IMG/VR virus record: IMGVR_UViG_3300030451_003654
Location: 22,861 to 86,860 of that record
Direction: 5' to 3' (one strand)
Length of the DNA: 64,000 nt
Source of the DNA: a virus
Shown: positions 1-11,600 of the stretch, in pieces
Layout of the letters: every line of letters starts with the position of its first letter
Numbering within the stretch: position 1 is the first letter of the stretch
Translations under genes and position numbers: made by a program
Notes under the pieces: model-generated
Database searches by the model: none
Seen by the model: only the letters and a program-made list of their open reading frames with translations
What the model was told of the DNA's origin: nothing

Positions 1-57
1 TAAAACTGCATACAATATTTTAAAGGCGTTAAATTCAGAAAATGAGGTGAGATATTA

Positions 58-1584
58 ATGGCAAAAGATTTAGAAGTAGATGAGTGGGAATTATATGATG
101 CATTAGCAAAGGTAAATGATAACAGCGATTTAGAGGTTATTCGTTCTAAGAAAATAGAGATGCCTAAAGATGTTATACGCTGGAAAAATGTAGTAGGAGA
201 GTTTTCTCTTTACAATGAGTATTCAGCAAAAATGTCATATTTTGTATCGTTAGGTCAGATATTAAAAGATTCAGTTAGAGTACCAATAGGTAGATTGGCT
301 CTTGACCCAAGAATACATTATTGTTGGATTCAAACTTCAAGGAGTGGTAAAACAACAATGTTTGATTTCTTGTGTCCTGTATGGGAAAGAACCTTTGAAT
401 TAATTAATGCTTATCCTACAACAAGAAACCAATTACCGCTAACAGGTGTTCGCAATTTTACATTGAACAATCCTGATAGTTTTACAGACCAAGCATTGTT
501 AGGAACAATGAAGATGAATGTACCAAACCCTGAATACAATAGACAGGAAGCAAGAGAAGATGATGATTATGATACCCCAGAATTTACCGATGTAACCATT
601 TTTGGTAGTCTGTATGGTAGCGGTATTATTGCTTTTGATGAGTTTGAACATTCGGGTATTTTTAAGGAGTCGCAACATAAACAAGAAACAGTTATGCTAT
701 TTCAAAAGTTTATGAATCGCTTAGATTCTAAGAGCCACTTAATTAAGAAAAGGCTAACTGAGTGGGGTAAAGATTTAGTTGTTGATTCACAAAGAAGTTT
801 ATGGGCTACAACATTACCACCTGAAGGATTAGAAAAAGTTATTCTAACAAAGGGTGTATTTCAAAGAATGTGGTTGTATGTTAGAGATGTTCCCGAATCT
901 TTGAGGGCACAAATGGAAGAAGATTACATTGATATGGTTGGTGAAATCTTAGAAGATGAAGATGGTTCATCTGTTTATCATGAAGAATTTTCTGAGATGC
1001 TTTACAATACTTATAGATGGGTTCAAGATAGATTAGAAGCAGTAGATGGTGATAAAAGAAAAGTTGTAACTTGGTCTGAAGATGGACAGAAGGCTTTGAA
1101 AAATGTTTGGAGAGGTATGAAGAAATATATGAATACTTTTGATGACAGTATTTATGAAGCATTAAATACATTTTTAATGAATATGATTAACAATATCTGT
1201 ATTGCTGCGGCTTTATGTGCTGTATCTGAAAGAAGTACAGTTATTACTGCTAAACATATTAAACAAGGTAGGCAATTGACTGATGAATCTTTTGACTCTA
1301 TTACAAGTTGGTTCACAGAAAAGTTAAAGAAGAAGCCAAAGAGATTTTCTGATAAGAGTAATGAAAAGATGTATATCGCTGCTTATAATGCAACAAACCC
1401 AAAGGTTAAAGTTAATGGTACTAATGGATGGGTAGATAAAAAGTTGATGATTGAGTCTTTCAGAAAGAATGAACAATGTGGGAGAAATAAATTTTACAGA
1501 CATTGGCATAGTGTAAAACACATTTTTGAGGAAATAAGAACAACTAAAACTTATGTAAGATTAAAGGTGAATAAAGATGAGTAA
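58..1584 (+). CDS. AAA+ P-loop ATPase, MCM/replicative helicase-like
   Basis: Walker A-like TSRSGKTT, Walker B IIAFDEFE, Arg-finger-like GVFQRMW; RBS GAGGTGA upstream; next to an exonuclease gene. Confidence 0.6.
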   Translation: MAKDLEVDEWELYDALAKVNDNSDLEVIRSKKIEMPKDVIRWKNVVGEFSLYNEYSAKMSYFVSLGQILKDSVRVPIGRLALDPRIHYCWIQTSRSGKTTMFDFLCPVWERTFELINAYPTTRNQLPLTGVRNFTLNNPDSFTDQALLGTMKMNVPNPEYNRQEAREDDDYDTPEFTDVTIFGSLYGSGIIAFDEFEHSGIFKESQHKQETVMLFQKFMNRLDSKSHLIKKRLTEWGKDLVVDSQRSLWATTLPPEGLEKVILTKGVFQRMWLYVRDVPESLRAQMEEDYIDMVGEILEDEDGSSVYHEEFSEMLYNTYRWVQDRLEAVDGDKRKVVTWSEDGQKALKNVWRGMKKYMNTFDDSIYEALNTFLMNMINNICIAAALCAVSERSTVITAKHIKQGRQLTDESFDSITSWFTEKLKKKPKRFSDKSNEKMYIAAYNATNPKVKVNGTNGWVDKKLMIESFRKNEQCGRNKFYRHWHSVKHIFEEIRTTKTYVRLKVNKDE

Positions 1585-2182
1585 TGTATTATCGTTTGAT
1601 ATAGAAACTAAAAATTTGAGTTATGAGATAGGAGGTTGGGGCAATACCCATTTATTTAAAGTTGCTTGTGTAACTACTTGGGATGGAGAAAATGGTGTAA
1701 TTTATGTGGATGAACCTCTAAAAGAATTAAAAAAAGGTACTAATGTTGAAATTAAATCATTAAGAGAGTTTAAGTTTGATATAGATGAGCACTTTCAAAA
1801 AGGTGGAATTTTATTAGGACATAATATTAACGCTTTTGATTTACCTGTCCTTAGAGATTCTATGGATATTTATATTGTAAGAAAATATTTAGAGGATAAA
1901 TCAAATAGATGTATTGATACAAGTGCCTATCTATTAAAAGAACATGGGAAAAGAATTCATTTGGACAATTTGGTTAAATGTACCATAGACGACCAAAAGA
2001 ATATGAGTAGTATTGATTCCGTAGTTAAATGGAAAGCGGGAGAATATGATGATGTGGTGGATTATTGCCTTAAAGATTCACAATTGACCTATGATTTATG
2101 GAAATACGGTCAAGAAAATGGTATAGTCAAGTATTTTGACGAAGAAGAAAATATATTTACTGAGTTGCAGGTAAATTGGTAA
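1577..2182 (+). CDS. DEDD(y) 3'-5' exonuclease (RNase H-like, PolB-exonuclease family)
   Basis: ExoI SFDIET, ExoII GHNINAFD, ExoIII YCLKD; RBS AGGTGA. Confidence 0.85.
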   Translation: MSNVLSFDIETKNLSYEIGGWGNTHLFKVACVTTWDGENGVIYVDEPLKELKKGTNVEIKSLREFKFDIDEHFQKGGILLGHNINAFDLPVLRDSMDIYIVRKYLEDKSNRCIDTSAYLLKEHGKRIHLDNLVKCTIDDQKNMSSIDSVVKWKAGEYDDVVDYCLKDSQLTYDLWKYGQENGIVKYFDEEENIFTELQVNW

Positions 2183-2210
2183 GGGCATTGAGTAAAAAAG
2201 TTATTTTTAT

Positions 2211-2251
2211 CGGGGTGTAGCCGTGTAAAAGCGGCTATGCCTCGTTTTTTT
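2211..2251 (+). terminator. Hairpin plus T-tract terminator between convergent gene blocks
   Basis: CGGGGTGTAGCCG / CGGCTATGCCTCG stem (with G-U pairs on the + strand) followed by T7. Confidence 0.75.
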
Positions 2252-2263
2252 ACGCCAAAATCG

Positions 2264-2419
2264 CTAATTTTTAATTTTTAGTGATTTTTTAATCCTGCGT
2301 TTTAACTTTTTACCCATTATAAATGCAATAGTTGTATAAAATAGTACTTCTAATACTACTGCTAATATAAACATCCAACCTTTAACACAATAATTAGTGT
2401 CAGGCAAACAATATTCCAT
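2264..2419 (-). CDS. Small membrane protein, 51 aa (not in ORF track)
   Basis: Manual translation MEYCLPDTNYCVKGWMFILAVVLEVLFYTTIAFIMGKKLKRRIKKSLKIKN: one TM segment and a basic tail; follows 2430..3086 directly; GTGA upstream. Confidence 0.55.
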   Translation of the reverse strand: MEYCLPDTNYCVKGWMFILAVVLEVLFYTTIAFIMGKKLKRRIKKSLKIKN

Positions 2420-2429
2420 ATTAATCACA

Positions 2430-3086
2430 TCATGTTATAATTATTTTAAAGTGATAAGCATCTGAAACGCTTGCTGAACCAGCAATGACATTTGAGTTTG
2501 TATCTTGTCCACCATTAGGGTTAGCAACTTTAAAAATTAATTCACCTGCTACTGCTGTATTAAGAACATCAATTCTAAAACCATTACCATAAGGTGCTCT
2601 ATAAGGAGAAGTTATTGTACCAAGAGCAGGTGAAATTTGTACATGTCCATTATTATGATTATTTCCTACATCAGTTATCGGCAAACAAGCGGCAGATTCA
2701 GTACCTGAACCTGTCATAGTAGAATGTAAAAAGGCTAAAACATCTATTCTATATTCAGTACCTGCTGATAAATTAATTGTACCATTTGTTATTGTAGGAG
2801 AAGATACTAAACCATTTTGATGTGCTACCATATCTGCAACAGGTCGGGCATTTACTTGTATTCCTGTAATTACATCAACATATACTGTTCCATTTGTTAT
2901 ATCTCTAACAGTCATTTCAACAGAAGAAAAATTATTAGGTACTGAAGGATGTGCTTTACTTGTAAAAGCAATTAGTTTAGTACCAACAAGGCTTCCGCCA
3001 CCTCCGCCACCTCCACCTGCTAATCTTTTCTTTTTGGCTTTTACACCTTTTCTAATTAACTGCATATGTATATCCATATCAACCAA
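2430..3086 (-). CDS. Putative tail fibre-associated/adhesin protein (likely ATG start at 3077)
   Basis: Basic N-terminus, G8 linker, beta-rich domain; downstream of the fibre gene. Confidence 0.5.
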   Translation of the reverse strand: MVDMDIHMQLIRKGVKAKKKRLAGGGGGGGGSLVGTKLIAFTSKAHPSVPNNFSSVEMTVRDITNGTVYVDVITGIQVNARPVADMVAHQNGLVSSPTITNGTINLSAGTEYRIDVLAFLHSTMTGSGTESAACLPITDVGNNHNNGHVQISPALGTITSPYRAPYGNGFRIDVLNTAVAGELIFKVANPNGGQDTNSNVIAGSASVSDAYHFKIIIT

Positions 3087-5301
3087 CCTTTAACCATTCA
3101 ATAGAATTTATTTTAAGATAAGTAGCCATATCAAATGCCGCTAAAGCATCCGATGAAACAGTTGTAGAAGTACCTGTTCTAATTACATCAAGAGGAATTC
3201 CATTACCTGTTGCTATAATATGTCCACCACCTGTTGTATTACATGCTTGTACTGAACATGCTTGTTTAGCAAATATAAAGAACGATGTTCCTATTTTACA
3301 ACCATGAGGCAAACCAATAAAACCTGAAGATACATCCATTACAATACTACTACCTGATTGACTTTGCCCTAAAATAGAATTTGCTGTAATAGTAGATACC
3401 TTAGCATTTAAATTATTAGAAGTAGAACCAATTACTTTCCAAAAAGATAATGATTGATTGTAACCTGTACTGTTATAATATTCTCCATGAAATTTCTCTA
3501 CTTCATAATTTGGGTCTTCTTCTGCTGAATTTCTAACCGCTTGTATAGTAATAGATTCATTCGGTCTAATTAGTAAAGCCGATTGATTACCTCCGAATGG
3601 TGGGAATTCATATAAAGGATTACCATCAATATCAGGTATTCCACCCGCTATATGACTTTGTGTTATACAATTTGTTAAATTAACAGTATGAGCACTATAT
3701 ATTGTACTTGTATTATCTCTTGCATCAAACCCTTTATGCCAACATTGTTGAATTTTAATATTATGTGGTAATGCAGGGTCATCAACACAAAATACAAACA
3801 TAGGTACATTTGCAATATTAGATAAAGTTAATCTTTTACCTGTAAATGTTGATGGGTTTGCTAAGTGTACAAATGCACCACCACCTACTAATCCATTAGC
3901 GGGATTTGGTACAGTTTTACCTTCTAACATTGTAGCATAATCAGCATGGGCTGAACCACCAGATGCAATCCATTCTTGATTTAAAATTTGATTTTTAGCA
4001 TTTATACCAATGTAAAATACTTCAGCAGTATTAGGGCTAATTATTTGTGAAGGGTCAAGAGCACTTTGTATTGTAGGTTTTGCTGAAATTGTTGTACCAG
4101 CACCTGTTTCTTCTAATCGGAAAAACTTTTGCCTTGAAGCATTATATGTTCCTAAGTTATCAATTTTATAATCAGCAGCAATACTTAAGCCTTGAATAAA
4201 ATTTACAGTCAATGGTGCAGTATTATAAGTTACAGAACCACCCGAAACAACAAGACTATTATTGATAGTTAAATGACCCGCTTCTGTTAAAGTAGCAATT
4301 GTAGTAGCAGCGTTATTTATAAATGTAAAGGATTGTGATGATTCATCGTTATCAGCATCTATTCTAAAGGACATATTACCATCAGACCTAATTGCAAAGT
4401 CATTATCAGTTGGTCCAATTAAATCCCCTCCACTTATTGTTAAATCCCCTCCTATTACTACATTATCATCGGTGTCCATTGTAATAGTGCTTCCTGAGTC
4501 TGAGGCTTTGATGATATTGCTTCCCACGATTAAACTACCTGCAATTGACAAATCTCCATTACCATCAATTGAACCTTTTGAAGCCCCGCCATATTTAACA
4601 TCTAATACAGGATTAGTAATTGTACCATCTTGACCTTCAATAACTGCACCTGCTTCTCCACCCGTATTTTTAACATGAAGGATAGGCTTAGAACCTTCAG
4701 ACCTTTCCATTTGAATAGCACCTACATTTGTAGAGCCATAGAAAGAAATATCTGTTCCGCTAATACCTATTACTTCAGCACCTGCGGTATTGTATATTTT
4801 ATCAATACTTTCAGAAAGTACTGTCTTATTATACCCATATAATTGTACAGGTCTTGTAATTACATTTGGGTCTGTTCCACCTACTACCTTTACCATAGCA
4901 ACAGGTATATCACCCGTAGCCAAATTATCAGGTACTCTTGGTGTTGTACTTGCTGTTCCTTCTCTAACTTGTAATGCTGAACCCGCAATTACAATAATAT
5001 CATATCTATCATTTGTACTATCCGCATCTGATGTTAATTCAACTGCGGTTGGAGTACCCGAATAAATCCTTCCATCTCTTTTATATTTAATTGCACCACT
5101 AAATTGAAATTTTGTTCTTGTTACTCCTGTTACTTGTTGAAAATTACTACCACCATAACTAACAACATAGTTACCTCTTGATGCTTGAGCAAGTACTTTA
5201 ATAAGACCACTATGGATATGGTCTGTTCCGTCTTTTACTCCATCTGTTGTATTTGTTGCACTTAGCGATGTTATATAATCTTTATTTGTATAATCTACCA
5301 T
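3079..5301 (-). CDS. Tail fibre / receptor-binding protein
   Basis: N-terminal anchor-like DSTNDRYDIIVI...DIPVAMVKV, G/S/T-rich beta repeats (GDLSIAGSL, GDLTISGGDL); distal end of tail module. Confidence 0.7.
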   Translation of the reverse strand: MVDYTNKDYITSLSATNTTDGVKDGTDHIHSGLIKVLAQASRGNYVVSYGGSNFQQVTGVTRTKFQFSGAIKYKRDGRIYSGTPTAVELTSDADSTNDRYDIIVIAGSALQVREGTASTTPRVPDNLATGDIPVAMVKVVGGTDPNVITRPVQLYGYNKTVLSESIDKIYNTAGAEVIGISGTDISFYGSTNVGAIQMERSEGSKPILHVKNTGGEAGAVIEGQDGTITNPVLDVKYGGASKGSIDGNGDLSIAGSLIVGSNIIKASDSGSTITMDTDDNVVIGGDLTISGGDLIGPTDNDFAIRSDGNMSFRIDADNDESSQSFTFINNAATTIATLTEAGHLTINNSLVVSGGSVTYNTAPLTVNFIQGLSIAADYKIDNLGTYNASRQKFFRLEETGAGTTISAKPTIQSALDPSQIISPNTAEVFYIGINAKNQILNQEWIASGGSAHADYATMLEGKTVPNPANGLVGGGAFVHLANPSTFTGKRLTLSNIANVPMFVFCVDDPALPHNIKIQQCWHKGFDARDNTSTIYSAHTVNLTNCITQSHIAGGIPDIDGNPLYEFPPFGGNQSALLIRPNESITIQAVRNSAEEDPNYEVEKFHGEYYNSTGYNQSLSFWKVIGSTSNNLNAKVSTITANSILGQSQSGSSIVMDVSSGFIGLPHGCKIGTSFFIFAKQACSVQACNTTGGGHIIATGNGIPLDVIRTGTSTTVSSDALAAFDMATYLKINSIEWLKVG

Positions 5302-5302
5302 T

Positions 5303-5677
5303 TTACTCTACCTCTATAATAATTCTTATGTCATAATTTTTTGTTGATTCAAGTGGTCCAATTGGGTCTATTGGTACTCTTAATAACATTGTTGTACCTG
5401 CCGAATCAAATATTCCTACTTCTCTAATCACATATCCTGTATATGAAGAACCCGAAATTCTTGAATAAAACTCTACTTGGTTTGTTAAAGACCTTGTAAC
5501 GGAATTTAATGCAAATGGGTTATTGTTAGTTATAGAAGCATCAAGAGTATTTAATGTAGGGTCAGTACTTCCCCCTGCTTCTCCAATATCTATTTTATTA
5601 AATGCATTAAAGCCACCTGTTTTATCTCCTCTAATTGCTTGCGCTAATAATTCTTTTCCACCGTCTGTAATCGTCAT
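5303..5677 (-). CDS. Tail collar/baseplate-wedge-like small protein
   Basis: ITDGGKELLA...IREVGIFD pattern typical of fibre-attachment domains. Confidence 0.55.
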   Translation of the reverse strand: MTITDGGKELLAQAIRGDKTGGFNAFNKIDIGEAGGSTDPTLNTLDASITNNNPFALNSVTRSLTNQVEFYSRISGSSYTGYVIREVGIFDSAGTTMLLRVPIDPIGPLESTKNYDIRIIIEVE

Positions 5678-8600
5678 GCCAAATCCTCCCTCATCAGATT
5701 AGTAATGCTACCTGCACTTCCAATAAACCCTAATGGAGTATTAAAACCTAATGTAGTGTTAAACCCAAGAGTTTGTTCAGGGGCAAGTCCTACTTCATCT
5801 ATTTGTATTTCTAATTCTTTAATCTTAACGCCTGTAATACTATCAAATATTTCAGCCGACTCTACAAATTCTGTTCCTCTAATTTCTGAAGAAACCTTTT
5901 TACCTGAAGCAATAACTTCAGCAATTCTATAAAATAAGTTTTTATTATAATAACCTAATGAATATACAGGTAATTTACCTATCCTATGGTTAATTGCTAA
6001 AATCATATACCTTCCTACTCTAATATTTAGACTTGGATAATCTAACTTAATTATATCTCCTACTTCTAAATGTTCTGTACCTTCATCACCTATTGTAATA
6101 TTAATTTGATTATTATCATTATTATGAAGTCTTAATAAATCTAATGCTCTTTCATCTACTTGTTTTTGTGTCGTTAAACTCAAATCAGTTTCTTCAAGAG
6201 TTTTAATACCTACCTCTTTAATACTTTTATTATCTGACTTTAAACCTCTTACACCATTACCATAAACTATTACATTATTATATAAATCAAACATTGTTTT
6301 ATTTCTTGATGTTGAAGTTATTTGTGACTCTCCTTCTGTTAAAGTTACATCTACTATATCATCTTCATCATTTATTTTTCTAATCTTAACATTTTTATTG
6401 ATAACGATTGGTTCTAAGTTTTTATATCTTGAAATATAAAGTAGAGCATTATATAAATCCGAACCATTAAATGTAGGTGAAGCAAAGTACTTTTCGCTAA
6501 TTTCTTTCTTTGTATAAGTAATATCATTTATTTCAAATAAATCGTTAATAATATTTTCTATTTCTTGCCCTATATTAAAAGTTGTACCAATCTTAGCAGA
6601 TTCTATATTTTGAGTATTAACAAATGCTGGAACTGTAATATCAAAAGTTTCACCTAAAGAAACTAACCCTTTCATTTCTTTTATTTCATTAAAAGTTATT
6701 TTAGTCATACCTGATGAACTATGATTACCATCATCTATTATTTCGTTTGACATATTCATTAGAGTGTTATACTTATTTATACCATCGTTTAGTGTTAGAT
6801 TATAACTACCTTCAGGGAATTTTTCTAATATAGTTGCTTTATTCCTTAATAATGGATAACTTGAAGAAATAGGTTCAGGGTCTAATAACACATACATAGA
6901 TAAAATACCGTCTGCTGTTCCAGCCATACCTTCTTCTTCTACAATTTCATTACCTACTAATTGTGTTGCATTAACAGCAGTACCACCACTATCTACTTTA
7001 AAAGTTTCTTGTTTTTTCCCACTTACATTTATCTTAGGTATGTTTTCTAAGGTTTCATTTTTAGTAGGATGTTTTGAATATCTTGTAGATAAAGAATTTA
7101 AAAATATTTCTTTAGGGCTAAAATCGTAAAAACAAGTATCAGATAATTTCATTACTCTATATCCTTGCATTGTTACATCTACTGTTCCTGCGTTATCAAT
7201 CCATATATTATGTATTTGTTGTCCATCTGTACTAAAAGTTATTTCATGTTTTAATATTTGATGTATATGAGCAGGTATTACATGCTTTGCTTTAAAGTAA
7301 TTTGCATTTGTTAAAGGTGTCCATTCATAAGTACTTGGGTTATATTCTCCAGGCATTTTTAAACTTACTACTGAAGGTGCGCTAAACTGTGTATTAGCAG
7401 TATCTTCTCCTGCAATTGTAACATTACTAACTAAATATAAACCTGTTAGATTAGGAGAAAATTGTAACCAATTATTTTTAAATACACCTGTACTAAAATC
7501 AATTGTAATTTGTCTTATATCTCCATTATCCATAAGTTTAAATCTATCCTCAGAAGAAAAATCAGCATCAACATTAGAAACTATTATACCTGTATCAGCA
7601 TCATGTAATAATAGATGAGGCTTAAATGCAAATAAACCTGCTAATATATTATCTTCAACACCACGACTTGAAGATATATTTTTTGTAAATTCTGTACTAT
7701 ACCTATGTGGTGCCCAAAATTGACTACAACTAAGAATAGGAAAATGCCATGAAAATACAGCATCTTGTTGTGCACCATTTCCGTCATTATAATGTTCTGC
7801 AAACATATCTGATTGATATACTGTGCCTCCCGATTTAACTAACGAAGTACTTTGATTATGAGGAAATGCCCAACCATAATTCATACCATTACTAAAACCA
7901 TCAATTTCTGTTTGTATAGAAAAAGAAGCACCAGCAGTTAAATGTTTATTATTTTTAAAAGAACCTTGAATCGGTTTTTGATGTAAAAGAGTAAAATAAC
8001 CTGAAGAATATAAACCTCCATGATTTAAATTATCTCCAGAACTTGTATAGGTTTTAATACCATATTTAATATTTAAACCACTAACTACTGTATTATTACC
8101 TTCTTCAAATACTTGCATAAGTCTTGAAGGATGATAATATGTTTTATAATGTGGGTCGTGTCTATAAATTCGAGTACCTGAAGATAAATTCCTACCTGCA
8201 TATGCGGAAAATAAATCTAATTCACTATTAGCCGTATCTATTGCTTGTACCATTCCTATAAATCTTGGTCTTTTAATATCATCATTTTCAAGATAATAAA
8301 TCATATCTTTTACTTGATAAACTGAAGTATCTAATACCTCAATACTGTTATCTCCATTATTACAAGCGGAAGTTGAATCTGATTGCATGTAATTAAAAGT
8401 ACCACCTACATAAGACCTATCTCCTCTATCCATTGATGTAGCACTTCCTGTTCCACCTACTTCTTTATATCTATGTGTAGTAGCGAAAGGATGTAGTCTT
8501 TTTGCACCAGCAAACGACTTTGCTTCTAAACCAAAATCAAATGCTGTATTATCAGACCATAAATAATACCCTGCAAAAACAAATGGTAAATATACTTTAG

Positions 8601-11600
8601 GTAAATCAATATCTACATTAAATGTATGTCCAGCACCATCAAAAGAGGTAGTACTCCAATCGGCAGAAGCCAAATTAAAAATATAGAACATTTCTACAGT
8701 ATCGCCCCAATGTTTTCCTTTTTCTGAAAAATAAGTAGTTTCGCCAACAGCAGTATTTTGTTCGGGGAATAGAGAAAATCTTAGATAAGCCGTATTATGA
8801 TGCATCTGAATATATCTATTATCTCTTATAAGACCTGCATTACTCGCTAATAGTCCTTCAATATTAGGTCGCCAATTATTTCCAAAACTTCCATATTTAA
8901 ATACAGTATTAAAAGGAGTAAAACTTGTTTTACTAAGTCTATCTTTATCTCTTGTTCCTGAAGCGTCTTTTAACTGTACTCTCATAACATATATATCATC
9001 ATCTACTGCCATTGGTACTAATGCACCATCAGCATTTCCATTAGCAGGAAATCTTAGACTATTACATCTTTGGTCGGTAGTCATCATAAAATCTCCACCT
9101 AATGTATGTCTTAATCCATGAAAACCTTGAGAAAAGGAATTTAAATTACTACGAGTAATTAACCTTACTCTATTTCTTGTATCACCATCTCTTAAGGTTA
9201 AAACTAAATCATTTGACGGACTACCAATTCCTGCTGCTGCAAATGTAACTGTATCTCCTATTTCATAATCTTGTCCACGATTAGCATCATTTATAGTAAA
9301 TATACTTGTAACTGCACCACCCGATACAACAACAGTCATTATTAGTCCTGTTCCTATACCATCTGTTGTTGATGATACATTTGTATAAGTACCGTCAGTA
9401 GCATCAGATACATTAGTAGTTATTGCACCTACTAAATCATTCGGAGTAATTTTTCCACTTATTGATGAGTGTACAATGCCCAACATTTCTCCTGTATTTT
9501 TAAACAATACATCATAACCGTGGTCTAAATCTGCAAATTGTCCATCATTAAAATCTTGAAACCAATTACCTGTTGAAACATATATATTTGTTTCTCCGAC
9601 AGTTACATTTTCGCTAATTTTAATAGGTGATTTATGGGCTAATCTTATTATTTGATAGTCATCTCTATATGATAAACCAGTATATTCATAACCTGATGTT
9701 TCAATATTTTCCATATCAATAATATTAAAAGACATGTCAAAGCCAATTTCTACTAATCTTCCTAAACTTGCTCTTTTAATATTTTGTGGTGATATACTTG
9801 AATTTATAATAGGTGAATACGAGTAATCATTAGAAGTTTTTTCAGTTGATACACCTTTACCATGATATTCTGAATGACTAATGTTTGATGCTATATCACT
9901 TCCTTTTGATATTAATGTTAGACCAAAATCCGAAAAATTAAAATTATGCCCACTATACCCAATATGATTTTCATTATTTATACTATCATTATAAATATCA
10001 CAAGGCGCAAAAATATGATAAAATAAACCTTTAGGGTCAGTTATTTCAAAATTATATTTAACATCACTTGTATTAGACCATACATTAGGATATGCAGAAT
10101 TTCTATAAAAGAAAAACCCTACATTATTTATAAATAAAGAATAATCTACTAATGGTAAAACTTCATTACCTGTGTATAATGTGTTTGCTAAAATTGGTTT
10201 TGTATTAGATTTAGAATTATCATAATATGTAAAATCAGCACAAAGACTTCCTAAGAATGTTTTATGCCCTCTTGCTTCGGGAGGCTTAATTAACATAGTT
10301 TCTGTACCATCTGATAAGGAAGATTTTAAAGTATTATTTAGTAAATTATTAAATTCTGACATAGGGGCATATATAGTAGGACTACTACTTGTTACCACAT
10401 CGCTGGAATTAGTAATAGTCAAAGATTCTTTAAATTTATAACTCGTAGCATATTTAATATATGTAGGTTTAATTCTTGAGTATTGATTATTATTAGTAGG
10501 CGAACCATAATTTGTTTCATTAATAATATAATCTATTTTATATAAATTAGTGCTATTTTGTAAATCAATATATTTAAAAATAGGATTACCAAATATATTA
10601 TTTTCATTTCTATTAATAGCAATAGCCTTTCTATTATTAGGAGTAGTATGAGTTTTATTATGTACGAGATTTACCAAACCACCATTAGTTAAACTTTGAG
10701 TATTAATTAAATATAGCCCTGCGCTATTTGTATATCTATTATCTGATGTATTAGCATCTACTCTACCTAATAAAAATGGAGATACAGGTGATATTGTAAT
10801 TACCTTCTCTTCATTTTCTGCACCAGAAACTGATACAATATCATAATTAGTCAAAGAAGATATTGTATTTATACTATGATAAGTATTAGTAGCCCCTTCA
10901 GTTGAAAGTCTAAATAAAAACTCATTATCATTATTTACATTAGTAGGACTGTTAATATCATATCCTAAAGACAGACTACCTGTTGTACCTGCTTTTTCTA
11001 CAAGGGTTGTTTCATTACCATATGAAGGGTGTGTTTTTCCAGCAGTAAAATATAATCCTTTATCAGCAGCATTTTTAATATTATTAGCATATTTTGTTGC
11101 ATCTTTATTTGTTTCTATACCTGTTCCTGATATAATATAATCTGATGTAGCAACATGAATAAGAGAAGATTTAGGATAATAACATCTTGCAGGTTCTATA
11201 AATGTAATAGCATTAACATTAACTTCCTTTACCGCAGCAATAAATCTACCATCTGATGTATATAGTTTAGTACCATAAGTCCATGTTGTATGGTCGCCCC
11301 CTAAATATTGTGTTGCCCCTGTATCGCCTGGAAATATACCCGATAAACTAAATGATGTATTAGATACAAGACCAACATTTGTTTCCCTAATGTCTTGTAT
11401 AGGATGTTCTGTTGAATAAATGTAATCGCTTGAATGAAGATATGATTTGTTAATTATAGGTCCTAATAATTTATGTATATCATCTCTACCTTTAATATTA
11501 TAAATTAATTGTCCTGATGAATTTAATTCGTCTTCTATATGTTCCACAGAACCATTAAATAATATTTTATCAATTATTGCTGAACCTGAAAAATAATCTA